From NCBI RefSeq assembly GCF_964213995.1, contig NC_135813.1, forward strand, positions 93,496,001 through 93,560,000: a stretch of 64,000 bases of DNA, in the 5' to 3' direction. The notes under the pieces were generated by a model. It did not search any database. It was not told where the DNA came from and saw nothing but the letters and a program-made list of their open reading frames with translations. The position numbers were made by a program, and so were the translations under genes. Source of the DNA: Mustelus asterias (taxonomy: Eukaryota). How positions within the stretch are numbered: the stretch's first letter is position 1; each line of letters opens with the position of its first letter. This document shows positions 1 to 13,573 of the stretch, piece after piece.

Positions 1-890
1 GGTAGTTGTTGTAGGTTGGGGGGAGTTGTAGGTTGGGGTGGTTGTTGTAGGGGGTTGTAGTTTGGGGTAGTTGTTGTAGGGGTTGTTATTGTAGGTTGGG
101 GTAGTTGTTGTTGTAGGGGGTTATTGTTATAGGTGGGTGGGTCGTTGTAGGGGTAGTTGCTGTAGGTTAGGGTAGTTGTTGTAGAGATTGTTGTGGGGGT
201 AGTTGTTGTTGTGGGGGTAGTTGTAGAGGTTGTTGTGGGAGTAGTTGTTGTGGGGTAGTTGTAGAGGTTGTTGTTATGGGGGTAGTTGTTGTAGGTGGGG
301 TAGTTGTGGGGTAGTTGTTGTAGAGGTTGTTGTTGTGGGGGTAGTTGTTGTAGGGGTAATTGTTGGGGTAGTTGTTGTAGTGGAGTAGTTGCTGGGGATA
401 GTTGTTGTGGGGTTGTTGTGGGGGTAGTTGTTGTGGGGGTAGTTGTGAGGGTAGTTGTGGGGTAGTTGTTGTAGAGGTTGTTATTGTAGAGGTTATTGTT
501 GTGGGGGTAGTTGTTGTTGTGGGGTTGTTGTTGTGGGGTTGTTGTAGAGGTTGTTGTTGTGGGGGTAGTTGTTGTGGGGGTAGTTGTTGTAGTGGGGTAG
601 TTGTGAGGGTAGTTGTTGTGGGGTAGTTGTTGTAGAGGTTGTTGTTGTAGAGGTTGTTGCTGTGGGGGTAGTTGTTGTGGGTAGTTGTTGTGGGGGTAGT
701 TGTTGTAGAGGTTGTTGGGGTAGTTGTTGTGGGGTTGTTGGCGAGGTTGTTGTTGTAGAGGTTGTTGTTGTGGGGGTAGTTGTTGTAGAGGTTGTTGTTG
801 TAGAGGTTATTGTTGTGGGGGTTGTTGTGGGGTTGTTGTAGAGGTTGTTGTTGTAAAGGTTGTTGTTGTGGGGGTAGTTGTTGTAGGTGG
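1..890. repeat. G/T-rich low-complexity tandem repeat (GTT, GTAG and GGGG modules)
   Basis: Degenerate units such as GGGGGTAGTTGTTGT and AGAGGTTGTTGTTGT, with almost no C on the + strand. Runs off the window start. Confidence 0.95.
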
Positions 891-2965
891 GGGAAGGGGG
901 GCGGTGTTAACGGGAAGTATAATCCGAAAGAGAAAGCAGTAATGTTTCTCTTTCCAAGCATTTACATCGTTAATATTTTACACGGAATGATACATAGAAA
1001 CATTGAAACAGAAAATTCTGCTGCTTTGCTAAGAAGTAGAGTGTTTTACACCAGCTTTCACACTGGAGGGACAACTTTCAAAAGAAGGAAACTGAATTTC
1101 GACTTCTTTAATTTGGGGGAGGATTGGGGGCGGGTGTAGAGCGAGATTGAATTTTCAGGGAGCCAGCATATCCGATGGCCCGAACGGCCTCTTCTTGCGA
1201 CTTTCTTAAGATTTGTTCTTCCAGTCCTTTGGAACTTAATTTGACGTTAACATCGTTCTAGAAATTGCATGGAATCATGAAAGGGTTATAAGTGAATAAG
1301 TGTGGATATGTGAAATGATTAATATAAATACTGCTAAGGATATTGTTGAAGTCTTTTGCAACATTTCATTCTTTCCCTCCCCGTTGTTAATAAGGTGGGA
1401 ACTGGGAAGTTGCGAGTTCCTCCCACCATGTTGACCTGTGTAGGCGGAACACGGTTTGTAATGTAATAGATTCGCGTGGGAAAGGATTTGTGTTCACTCG
1501 GATAGTTTGGTTATTATTTCCCGAGCTGCCTGGGACCCTCTCTGCCTCTGAACAGTGCGGCTGTGCCCCTAACCTTCCTCCCGCCCATGTGAGTGTCTCA
1601 GTGACCCGGCTCCCGCACCAACCCTCCACTGCAAAAGCGAAACAAGTCGCCCCCTTATCGCTGCGCTTAAAGTGTGCATTTGGCTGCTTCCAAGAAAGAC
1701 CACATCATGTTTCAGACGGGAGTGAGGAGGAATGCATTCTCTCAGAGGGTCCTTAGCCATTGGAATTCTCTTCCACAGAGAACAGTAAGAAGTCGCACAA
1801 CACCAGGTTAAAGTCCAACAGGTTTATTTGGAATCACCAGCTTGCGGAGCGCTGTGCCTTCGCAAAAATCAGTGGTGGCTGGATCATTGAATATATTCAA
1901 GGCTGAATTAGACAGATGTGTCATTGATTGGGGAGATGGAGAGTGGAGTTCAGGCCACAGCCAGATCTGCGCTGATTTTTTTTGGGTGGTGAAGCAGGCT
2001 CGATGGACCGAGTGGTCGACTCCTGCTCACTCTTATGATGATCTTGTAAAGGTTGGAGCGAAACCCCCTCAAAGTGAAAAAAAAACAGTGCCAGGCAGGA
2101 GCTGTGTATGGATTTAATGTAATCCTACAGTGCTCGCTCCTACCGAAAGCTTCGATTCTTCTGTGTATGTTGTCAATCAGAGTTCATAATTCAGAGTGGT
2201 GGTTCAGCCCATCTCACACCCTTGCTCTAATAGTGGGGGTGTGGGGTGGGATGATCGATCCCAGAGTAAAATCTGAGCTGATGTTCTAGTATCGAGTTCC
2301 TGAGCAGTATTGAAGTTCTGCAACTCGGGAGATGTGAAATATCCTATTGAAAAGTTTGGTGCCTTGACTGACATTCTTCGCTCAGCTAATGCCGTCAAAT
2401 AAAGGCTGGTTGGAATCAGACAGCACTCAAAGGTGGCCATTTGGCCCATCGTATCTGTGCTGGCTCTTTGAAAGAGCTATCCAGTTAGTCTTTCTCCCTT
2501 GCTCTTTTCCCATAGCCTGGCCATTTAGTCAAGAATGTTAATTAGTCATAATTCTGGCTGCTGTTTGTGAATAATTACTGGTAAAGAATGATTGTCCAAT
2601 TTGTCTACTTAACAGTCAATCTATTTTGTTAATTGTGCTTTGAGATGTCTTAATGCAATAAGCCGATATATCATTGAAGGTATTATATTTAATCTTATTT
2701 TTTTTAAATCTGCCATTATTTTAGCTGAACCATTTCCTTTTTAAGACATTCTGATACAATAATTCAGTGACTGTACACTCGGGGAGATAACTGGCTGGGT
2801 GGCTGGGCCCCAGTGAGATTTGGCACATTTGGAAAAACTGCTGTTTTTCACGAAGTTACTTTCACAATGAAACTGGATTGCCATTTCTCATCTTAACATG
2901 ATCTTTACTCTGTCCTCAAAAAGTTACCTTATTTGATTGGATGGCATTAATAAATATGTGTTGGC

Positions 2966-3295
2966 CGGCATGGTGGACAGTGGTCGGCACTGCTGCTTGT
3001 CTCACAGCGCCAGGGACCCGGGTTCGATTCCCAGCTTGGGTCACTATCTGTGCGGAGTCTGCACAGGGACCCGGGTTTGATTCCAGCCTCCCCATGTCTG
3101 CATGGGTTTCTTCCGGGTGCTCCGGTTTCCTCCCACAGTCCGAAAGACGTGGTGGTTAGGTGCATCGGCCATGCTAAATTCACCCACCGTGTACCCAAAC
3201 AGGCACCGGAGTGTGACGACTAAGGGATTTTAACAGTAACTTCATTGCAGTGTTAATGCAAATCTACTTGTGTGACACTAATAAATAAACTTTAC
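2966..3295 (+). mobile_element. HE1-type V-SINE, tail B
   Basis: tRNA head, V-domain GGGTTTCTTCCGGGTGCTCCGGTTTCCTCCCAC, tail ending GTGACACTAATAAATAAACTTT. Confidence 0.85.
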
Positions 3296-4371
3296 TTTTC
3301 AAAATGGTGCAAAGCTGGTGTTGTTGTACCTGGTAAATTATTTGCTGAACTGTGTATTGTGAATGAAGGAACCTCTTTGTCAGGCTGTTGTAACGTGAGG
3401 AACTCCATTTATAACATTGCTCACTGGGACACTCTGATTTTTGCAAAAGGACGGAGCCAGGAATGTTTGTGAGCATTCACTGCCACACTTTCATGATTAT
3501 AAAGGAATTCCTTAAATGAGTTTTTTGTCTTTTATAGACATACTTCATGAATGTTTCTCTGATGAGGCAAAGGAAGGTGAAGAACTGTGTGTCAAGTTTT
3601 TTGAAATGACATAACCTGTGTGTTTAAAAGTGTGGGGGTAGGGTCTGGGTGGGATTGTGGTTGGTGCAGACTCGATGGGCCGAATGGCCTCCTTCTGCGC
3701 TGTAGGGTTTCTATGATGATTTCTATGATTTGGTGCCACTGTGTATTTGCAAATAAATGAAGGGAACGGTTAATGAAGTCAATCCTCTCAGACTGTAGAT
3801 CTAGCTGTCATTCTGTGCAGTTTTCTATTGGAGCACACTTTATTGTGTATTTTTAAATACCGGATGGTCTATTATGACAGAGTTTGTGAAAATATCTTAA
3901 GGAGAGTTGGGATATTTGTCTGCATCATCCTCATCAAGGCCAAACATGTAATCTCGCTATCTGCTTTCATCATCAAGCTATTACAACCAATTATCATTAC
4001 ATCAGTTTACATCCCTTGTTGGCTGATAATTCTGTTTCAGCGTGATTGTTATAGACAGTATCAAAGGAATCAGATCAAAGAAGCGGCCAAATACAACGTT
4101 TATAAGGAAGCTGAATTAATGTGCTGCTTGAAGCACAGAACTGATTGTAACTCTGTTCAGGTCCTGCCTGCTGTCAGACTTGGCTAGTTCTCTGAGCCAC
4201 TCTTACTTCCTTGATGGTTACGCTCAATATTCAAACTAAAATATACTTTTTCTAAATGATGCACAAATCTTTTAAAAATACTTATTATATTTGATCATAA
4301 TTCTTTGTGATTGCTGTCTTCAAATTTGCCTAAATGAGAGGTCACCCATCAAAGTACCAAACTACTGGAGC

Positions 4372-4660
4372 CACAGAATTCCCAGAGTGCAGAAGGAGGC
4401 CATTCGGCCCATCGAGTCTGCACTGACCACATCCCACCCAGGCCCTATCCCCTTAACTCTACCTATTTACCCTATTCGCCCCTCCCCGACAGTAAGGGGC
4501 AATTTAACATGACCAATCCACCCAACGTGCACACCTTTGGAATGTGGGAGGAAACCGGAGCACCCGGAGGAAACCCACGCAGACAGTGACCCGAGGCTGG
4601 AATCAAACCCGGGTCCCCGCTGCTGTGAGTAGCAGTGCTAGCCACTGTGCCACCGTGACT
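4372..4660 (-). mobile_element. HE1-type V-SINE, tail A (CR1-like)
   Basis: Reverse complement of the head, V-domain and GGGCCGAATGGCCT tail. Confidence 0.85.
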
Positions 4661-7600
4661 TGAGCTTGGACGAAAATCCCCTATTGTCTTAAATGAAATA
4701 AATACAACAGCATTTTTGGGTGTTCTTAAATATAAGGAAGAATGAAATTTTTTAATACTTTGCTTTATTTGTGAATCTGACTGGATAGGAATGCAACCCC
4801 TGGAGAATATTGCAAGAAGCTGTTACTGTGTTAAATCAAACTGGACCTTCAACATTAGCCACTGTCTTTATTGGACCCCTACTTCCATACCCCCCCTCCA
4901 CCCCCGCCCCCATCCCAGCCCAATCATTGTGGTATCTGAACTGAATTATTTTAAAGAAACCTGTGTTTTATTTGGTGAAAATAGCATGCATATAATAAAA
5001 GAACAATATTTTGTTCTGCTTCAACCAGCACATTTATCCAGCTTCCTCATAAACTTTGTACTTTTGCAGACTTCACTATTGTGCATCCCTGTTCCCTGTT
5101 GACACCTCTTCCCTGCAGATGGGCTTGAGTGACAGGGTTGATTCTGAGCCTATTGTTCATGTCACTGCCTCAGGCTGAAATAAGGCAGGGTGGCACAGTA
5201 CACAGAGGGTAGCACGATGGCATAGTGGTTAGCACTGCTGCCTCACAGTGCCAGGGATCCGGGTTCGATTCCCAACTTGGGTCATTGTCTGTGTGGAGTC
5301 TGCATGTTCTCCCCGTGTCTGCGTGGGTTCCCTCCAGGTGCTCTAGTTTCCTCCTACACTTCAAAGATGTGTGGGTTAGGTGGATTGGCCACTGAATAGC
5401 CACAGTCCCATGTTTGCCAAGCATTCAATCTCAGCCATGTTGCTGTGAGTAATCGTTGGGTAACTGTGTGGCATAATCGACCCAGATCATTGTAATGGAT
5501 GTCCAAGTAACACATGTTAAAGCTCCCTGGACATGAGCTTGACCGTGGAAGGAGCTTAAATAAATTACTTTTAAAAAGAAAGACTTGCATTTATATTGTG
5601 TTTTTCACAATCCCAACATGATTGTAACCTCTCATTGATTTGGGGAGTGAAAGAATCAAAACTGATAATTACAACTGTTTCTCCTCTCTTCCAACCATCG
5701 CACACACCTCCCCCCTCCCTCCTCCCCAGGACAGGATCTGTGAGGGGGAATTGTGGTAGAGGCTACTCAATGGAACTTCAGGATAAAGATCAGAATGGAT
5801 ACCAGCAGCTGCCCAGAAGGGAGTGAAGAAAATTGAGGGCAAGTCACCTGGGTCCGTTCCGACTTGGGTCCCTCCTTAGGTTAAGATGCACGGTGGCAGT
5901 GGCCCAGAGCCTGGGTCCAGGTCACTTCCTTGTTCTTGGAATAGTGACCAACAATAACCCCCTGACTATTTCTGTCCAAAATGCATTGTGAACAGGGAAC
6001 TCTTCAAAGCACTGGCAAAAATCTTGCCGCAAGTGCTTATGGACTTTAGATAAATTTATATAGTAAAGTTGATGAGGGCAGTTTTCAAAATCTGATAAAG
6101 ATTTCACTCTGAAAGGGGGCAAAGTACTTTAGCACTGACGCCAATGGAATAATTTGGCGAGGGGAGTAAAAGCAAATAGTAGGTCTCCATTTTTCTTCTT
6201 TCATGGCATGTGGGTGACACTGGCAAGGCCCATCCCTAATGTCCCTTGATCTGAGTTCAGAAGGCATTTAGGGTCAACCAGATTGCTGTGGCTATGGGCC
6301 TGGAGTCACATGTAGACCAAACAAGGAAGACAGATTTCCTTCCGTCAAGTTTTTTTTAATCCATGGGACATGGGGGATGTTGGCTGGCATTTATTACCCA
6401 TCCCTAGTTGCCCGAGGGCAGTTGAGAGTCAACCACATTGCTGTGGTTCTGGAGCCACATGTAGGCCAGACCAGGTAAGGGCAGAAGATTTCTTTTCCTA
6501 AAGAACATTAGTGAACCAAGTGGGTTTTTCCGACAATCGACAATGGTTTCATGGTCATCAGTGGATTCTCAATTCCAGATAATATTTATTGAATACGAAT
6601 TCCACCAGCTGCCGTGACGGGATTCGAACCCAGATCCCCAGAGCATAAGCAGAGTTTCTAAATTAATAATCCAATCGCCTCCCAAAGTGAACGAAATTGG
6701 CTTTTAAACAATGAAATATGTCACTATTGCTGAGACTAGCTTTATATTCCAGATTCACAAATTGAATTTAAATTCCCCCAGCTGTTCATGGTGGGATTTG
6801 AACCTGTGTCCCCAGAGCTTTAGTGTGGGCTGTTGGGTTGCTAGTGCAGTGACATGATCACGTCCCCACTATCTCCCTGTTTGTGTTTCACACTCTTGGG
6901 TCCCTTTAGCAAACTGAAGTCACAAGCAAAGGAGCAGACCCACTGGAATGTGGATCACCTTGGATAAACGTGGTTAACTGACCAAGTGAAATTTCTGCAA
7001 CTCCATAAGGTCCCGTTTGTTGTAGGGTAATATACACTAGTCATCCAATTTCCTTGCAACTGACTACAAATGATTTCTTAATTGCCTTTTAAAATTTTAT
7101 TGCTGTTGTTAATCCTTGAAGGTGAGATTGTCATTGTATCTCTGTGATTTGAACCCATTGCATCTTTGCCAATATGCAATTTTAAAAAAATTGTATTTTG
7201 GAATTATTTTAAAGTAGTAATCTGACTCTGGATTCAAGATCCTTGACTCGATTGCGACCTGCACCTTACTCTCAAGTATCAATTGTTTGATATTTAAAAC
7301 CTCAAAAGCCCTTGCTTAGATTCTAGTCTGATAACTGACTCCAAAGAGTCCATTCTTCTAGTTTTAAACCTCTAAGGTCTACTTGTCCACTCTAAGATGA
7401 ATTAACCCATTGCTTCTCAATGGCCTCTGGTGCTTGTGCGAGAATTTGCAATGTTAACCCTCATGTCGGCAGGTGGATTGTCAAATTTCAGGCCGCGATT
7501 GAAACTTGTGACCCTCAGGATTGAGAATCTGATTCCTTCACATCCACAGCAGCCAAAGACAACGATTGAAGTTGTGCAATTTGTGTTACCATGTGCTGAA

Positions 7601-8532
7601 GTTAACTTAAAGTTTGCTTGTTTTATTTGCTTGTTACTTGGAAAGAGCATTGATGCCCGACATCTTCTTGAAGCAAGGTGGTGGAGGTGTCTCCTAATCA
7701 GCTGGTGGAAGCCTCATTTATGTCGGGTTTTCCAGAGCAACCTTTGTCCAAACGATAGCAGCTTATTGGCAAGGCAGTAGAAGCCAATAGGGCCTAGAGT
7801 CCCAGGTTCTCGGCCAAGGGCCCTGTGCAGATGTCTATTGTACCAAACAGGGACCTAATTCAGATGTACAAATGTGGTATGCTCTGACAATTTGCTTTAT
7901 TATTAATGCGGCGAGTAGATATTCCATCAGCCTATTACTTTTTACATTTTATTACATGTTTAGTCAGAGGGGTCCAAACTATTTTAGGAGATCAGGACAC
8001 CAAGAATTCTGCTGAGTGGGAGATTCCTGGCAAACTGGTATAAGAGGCAATTATATGTTTTGAGAGGGCAAAACCCTTGAATGATTTGGTGAGAATACAA
8101 ACAGGCGGGTTCACATCTGTCAAAAACACACACAAACTGATTGGGTCCACTGGCTTTTCCCTTTCCCATCAAATCGTGTTTTAGACTCAGTCGAAATCCT
8201 GCTTATCGTGTATATAATACAAACTAAAACAGAAAATGCTCAGCAGGTCTGGCAGCATCCGTGAAGAGAGAAACAGAGCGAACGTTTCGAGTCTGTATGA
8301 CCCTTCTTCAGATCTTATCTTACACTCAGGTCTATGTACGAAGATGCTGTTGTACACTGGGACTTGAGTTCTTGTAAACTCAATGTCTGGACTGTTACTG
8401 CCTTGCTCACCCCGATTCCGGGACAGGCGAGCCTCGCAGAACCGCATTCTCCGTTGGCCTCGGGCGGGATCTTACGAGCCTCGGGCGGGTGAGGTGGTAG
8501 AATTCCGGCAAATGTGTCTGTGGAAACTCATT

Positions 8533-8673
8533 GGATGGAATTTTCCCATCCCACCCGCCACGGGAATTGTAGCAGGATGGGGGGGGTGGGGGGGGGACGG
8601 ACCATGCAAAGGTCCGTTGACCTCAGGCAGGAATTTCCGGTCTTGGGGCGAGCGTGGCTGGAAAATTCCACCC
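8533..8673. mobile_element. Short Harbinger-like MITE
   Basis: Terminal inverted repeats GGATGGAATTTTCC and GGAAAATTCCACCC, with ATT on both flanks. Relatives at 58819-58886 (ATT flanks) and ~48740-48866. Confidence 0.6.
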
Positions 8674-9006
8674 ATTGTGTATGTATATTCACAATGTGTA
8701 TGTACATTGGGAGATAGTCATTGCAACAAAGTTTGTAGTGTACACTTGTAGTATGTACACAGGGAGATGGTGTTGTATATTCACAGGGTGTGGAACGGTG
8801 ATTACCCCTCTGCCTTCAGCGCTGATACGTTTAGTTATCTTGATGCTTTCTTATTCTGTAATTGATGTAGTGAATGTTTTTTTTAACTTGGAGCACATCA
8901 TTCACCTTATTAAAGGCTGTCCCTCTAATATCCTGGTTCTCCAGTCTTATCTTGAAAACCATCCTGGTTTTGCCTGGCGGATTATTCCAAGTATTATTGA
9001 AACAGT

Positions 9007-9701
9007 GGGCAGAATCCTCTCAGGCCCATATTCGTGGGTTCAATCGTGGGCAGGGAGAGAATTCGGCAGAAGGCCCACAAATTGGGTTTTATGCCGGTTT
9101 GAATTTCCCGTGGGATCTTTCCTTGGTGCCCGCCATGGTGGATTGGGAAACCCACCGGAGGCTGGCGTGAAACTGATTTGCATCCCGCTCGGGGAATGCA
9201 GATGAAGTGGAATCTTCCCCCCACTTCTCCGACCTGCCCAGTTCTCCATGACACCAGTGGGAAAACAAGCCATTCCGGGACATGTCTGGAGCAACATGGC
9301 GTGCAGAAATTGGGACTCACCTGAACAATGCCTGGGCTGGCTCTAGACCTTGGAACACCACGGCAGTGGGTGGGAGGGGAGCATCCATCAGGTGGATATT
9401 CCAGCTTCAATGTTATCGAGGATCCATCGTCCAGTTTCAGAACATCCCTGGAAATCCATCTTTCTTCAACATTGGGTCAGTGATGTTGGGCACCGTTTAA
9501 ATATGACGCTCGGATATAACAGTGAGACGCGTGCAATCAAGTCCACCACACCACGTAATACGGCACTAAACCTCCCGGTGCATAATTATTGAGGTTGGGA
9601 CTGGAAGATACGGCATGGTTACCTGTCAGCCTTAACAGTAGGAAACACTCCCCGGCCCTGCCCCGCCACGTGACCGAGTCCCAGATGGGAGAATTCCGCC
9701 C
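9007..9701. mobile_element. Non-autonomous DNA transposon (PIF/Harbinger-like MITE)
   Basis: Terminal inverted repeats GGGCAGAATCCTC and GAGAATTCCGCCC, with AGT on both flanks. Confidence 0.6.
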
Positions 9702-10059
9702 AGTGATATCATAATGATATCGCTTACATATCAAATAAATCCGAGGGCAGCTTCCCACTGTCCAGAGAACCCGAGTGAAGAAACACTTGTCGGATACTGA
9801 GCAGTATGGAAAATGACAATGTTGCTGTATGCTTTTCCTCACTCTGCCGACAACCGTTCATCCCTTTCTGAGCCACACGTTCATTCAGAGTTGGCCGACT
9901 ATCCACAAGTAACGATCTCCACAGTGTCCAGACTCAGTATCGCTCACTCTCAACTCGATACTTGCATCAGAAAGTCACAGTATCACAGAATTGGGACTAG
10001 CTGGGAGGGCATGGACTAGTAGGGCTGAAGGGCCTGTTTCCGTGCTGTATTGCTCTATG

Positions 10060-11010
10060 ACTCTAATTGTTACAGCACAGAAGGGGGCCGTTTGGCCCCA
10101 TCGTGATTGCACTGGCTGTCCGACTGAGCAACTCATCTCGTGCCATTCTCTCACCACCTCCCCGTGACCCTGCCAGTTTGTTCTTTTCAGATAACAATCC
10201 AGTTCTCTTTTGAGTGCCTCGGTTGAATCTGTCCCTGCCGCACAGTTAGGAAGAACATTCCAGATCCTTAACCACTCGCTGCGTGAAGACATCTTTCCTC
10301 ATGTCGCATTTGTTTCCTTTGCCAATTACTTGAAATCTGGGCCCTCTCGTTCTTGATCATGAGTGGGAAGAGTTTCTCCCCGTCTACTCTCTCCAGATCT
10401 CTCATGATTTTGAATAATTCTGTCATATCTCCTCTCGGCTTTCTCTTCTCTGAGGGAAACAGTCCCAAATTCGCTGATCTATCGTCATCATCGAAATTCC
10501 TCAATCCTGTTGGGATCCTCATGGCTCAAACCATTCTCGGGAATCTTTTCTGTACTGTCTCCAATGTCTTCACATCCAAAGATGTGCAGGTTAGGTTGAT
10601 TGGCCATGCTAAAAATTGCCCTTAGTGTCCTGAGATGCATAGGTTAGAGGGATTAGCGGGTAAATATGTAGGGATAAGGGGGTAGGGCCTGGGTGGGATT
10701 GTGGTCGGTGCAGACTCGATGGGCTAAATGGCCTCTTTCTGTACTGTAGGGATTCTATGATTTCTATCCTTCATAAAGTGCAACACCCAGAACTGGACAC
10801 AGTGCTCCAGCTGAGGTCCAACTAGTGACCTATCCACATTCAACATATCTTCCTTGCTCTTGAATGCCTAATAAAGCCTAGGTGATTGTATGTTCTATGA
10901 ACTGCTCTCTCAATCTGTCCTGCATATATACCCCCAGACTCCCTGGCTCCTGCATCCCTTTTAGAATCATACCCTGTATTTTATATTGTCTCCCCATGTT
11001 CTTCCTAACA
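10060..11010 (-). mobile_element. Old degenerate CR1 fragment interrupted by a SINE 3' part (~10575-10766)
   Basis: Frameshifted remnants such as RGDMTELFKIMRDLERVDGEKLFPL and IWNVLP. Confidence 0.75.
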
Positions 11011-11014
11011 AAGT

Positions 11015-11303
11015 TCATAGAATCATAGAATCCCTACAGTGCAGAAGAGGCCATTCGGCCCATTAAGTCTGCACACCAACTCTCTGGCAGAGTGTTTTAC
11101 CCAGGCCCTCTCCCCTGCCTTATCCCCATAATCCCACACATTTACCGTGGCAAATTCATCTAACCTGCACATCTTTGGACTGTGGGAGGAAACCGGAGAA
11201 AATCCACGCAGACACGGGGTAAATGTTCCAACTCCCCACAGACAGTGACCCAAGCCAGGAACCGAACCCGGATACCTGACGCTGTGAGGCAGCAGTGCTA
11301 ACA
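11015..11303 (-). mobile_element. HE1-type V-SINE, tail A
   Basis: Same head and V-domain, ending in a GATTCTAT-type tail. Confidence 0.85.
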
Positions 11304-11886
11304 AAATGAATCATTTCACGCTTCTTCACAATGAATTTTATCTGCCACATGTCTGCAAATTCCACTAACCTGTCTGTGTCCGTTCAAAGTTCTACACTAT
11401 CCTCCTCACAGCTCACAGGCTTCCAAGTTAGGCATGATCAAAGATCAAAGAAAATTACAGCACAGGAACAGGCCCTTCGGCCCTCCAAGCCTGCACTGAC
11501 CATGCTGCCTGACTGAACTAAAACCCCGTACCCTTCAGGGGACCATATCCCTCTATTTCCATCTTATTCATGTCCTTTTCCAGATGCCCCTTAAAAGTCA
11601 CTGTCGTATCTGCTTCCACTACCTCACCCCGCAACAAGTTTTCGAAATTGTGCCCTGAACACTAAGGTCTAGGTCACTAATATAAATCAGAACCCCTGGA
11701 GAACTTTATTACAAACCTTTCTCCAGCCTGAAAAACATCCATTACCATTGCGTTCTGTTTCCCGCCACTAAAATGCTTCAAACTATCGCCTGCTCTGGTC
11801 TTGTCACCTGCTTTTTTCTGTGTATTCCAGGATAATTTTTCACCATGTAGTTTTTGAATGCAGAAAAGTGAAGGATCTCACTGCGA

Positions 11887-12183
11887 GTTTAAAGTTTATT
11901 TATTAGTCACAAGTAAGCTTACATTAACACTGCAGTGAAGTTACTGTGAAAATCCCCCCATCGCCACACTCCGGCGCCTGTTCGGGTACACTAAGGAGCA
12001 ATTTAGCATGACCAGTGCACCTAAATTGCACATCTTTGGACTGTGGGAGGAAACTGGAGCACCTGGAGGAAAGCCACATAGACACAGGGAGAACGCGTAA
12101 ACTCTGCACAGACAGTGACCCAAGCTGGGAATTGAACCCGGGTCCCCTGGCGCTGTGAGGCAGCAGTGCTAACCACAGCGCCA
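11887..12183 (-). mobile_element. HE1-type V-SINE, tail B
   Basis: Same head and V-domain, tail B. Confidence 0.85.
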
Positions 12184-12825
12184 AGGTATTTGCATCTAAA
12201 ACTCCTACTTCTTTTCATGACCAATATACCTTCAACTAAACCCAAATGTGAAATCGTTCATCTCCCATGCCAGCCATACTGGTGACCTTAATGAGGCTAT
12301 AAATATAGTGTTGGATCATAGGCCTGAACTACCACCCACCACACCTCCCATCAATCAGCATTGAAACTTCCCGCACGAGGATAGTGGCATTGGGGCTGGA
12401 TTCAGAGCCAGCTCCATGGGTGAAGGGACAGTCACTACGCTATCCAGCCTCACTTCCTTTTGAGTTGTCAATGGGTGTCGCTGAGAGGTTGTCTGCATGC
12501 TGTAAATCCACTGGCAGTTTATTGACTGTTAGTGAAAGTGCGTTTTCTTTGTGTGTCGTTTTCAGTATTTCACAAAGCTGCAAGTTTCAAAAGACATTCA
12601 GTCCCCAAAAGAGATTTCATTTCAATGAGGTGCACCAGTGACAGAACATTTTTATTTATTCACGGGATCTGGGCATCGCTGGTTGACCAACCCTTATTGC
12701 CTTTGAGAAGATGGTGTATTTTTTATTGCTGCTTACTTAATCAGATTAGGCACGAAACTCTGGATATATGAATGAATGGTCTCACACTTGGTCCCCACAT
12801 TCCACTGTAACACTTTGCTACTGCT

Positions 12826-13180
12826 ATGGTTCAGTGAATAGCACTCTCATCTCCGAGTCAGAAGATTGTGGGTTCGATTCCCATTCCAGGATTTAAGCAT
12901 TCAATTCAAAGCTGACAGCGCAGTACTGAGGGCGTGCTGCACTGTCAAAGGTTCCATCTTTCAGATGAGATGTTAAACTAAGACCCCACCTGCTCTCTCA
13001 AGTGGTCATAAAAGATCCCGTTTTGAAGAAGAACAAGGGAGTTTATCCCCCAATCGACATCATCAAAACAGATGATCTGATTATCATCACAGTTTTGTTT
13101 GTGGGATCTTGCTGTGCACAAATTGGCTGCCACGTTTCCTATATTACAACAGTGACTAGACTGCAAAAGTACTTCATTAT
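12826..13180 (+). mobile_element. Deu-domain SINE (SacSINE1/AmnSINE1-related)
   Basis: tRNA-like head (GGTTCGATTCC B box) and CTTGCTGTGCACAAATTGGCTGCCACGTTTCCTATATTACAACAGTGACT, recalled as characteristic of Deu-SINEs. Confidence 0.7.
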
Positions 13181-13279
13181 CTCTGAGGCTCAGTGTGCAC
13201 CAGCACCTTCAGGAGAGGAGGTAGGGGGTGGTGATAATTGGAATGATAAAAGGAATTGTGATGGGGAAGCTTCCTTTTC

Positions 13280-13573
13280 AAAAGTTTATTTATTAGTCAC
13301 AAGTAGGCTTGCAATGAAGTTACTGTGAAAATCCCCTAGTCACCACACTCTGGCGCCTGTTCGGGTACACTGAGGGAGAATTTAGCATGGTCAATGCACC
13401 TAACCAGCACGTCTTTCGGACTGGGAGGAAACTGGAGCACCTGGAGGAAACCCACACAGACACGGGGAGAATGTGCAAACTCCATACAGACAGTGACCTA
13501 AGCCAGGAATCGAACCCAGGACCCCTGGCATTGTGAGGCAGCAGTGCTAATCACTGTGCCACCATGCCACCCA
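13280..13573 (-). mobile_element. HE1-type V-SINE, tail B
   Basis: Same head and V-domain, tail B. Confidence 0.85.

Noticed and set aside
167-1139. Q/N/T-rich and C/G/V-rich ORFs (mucin-like or keratin-associated-like)
   Set aside because: They are translations of the G/T simple repeat, open in several frames, with no supporting gene structure.
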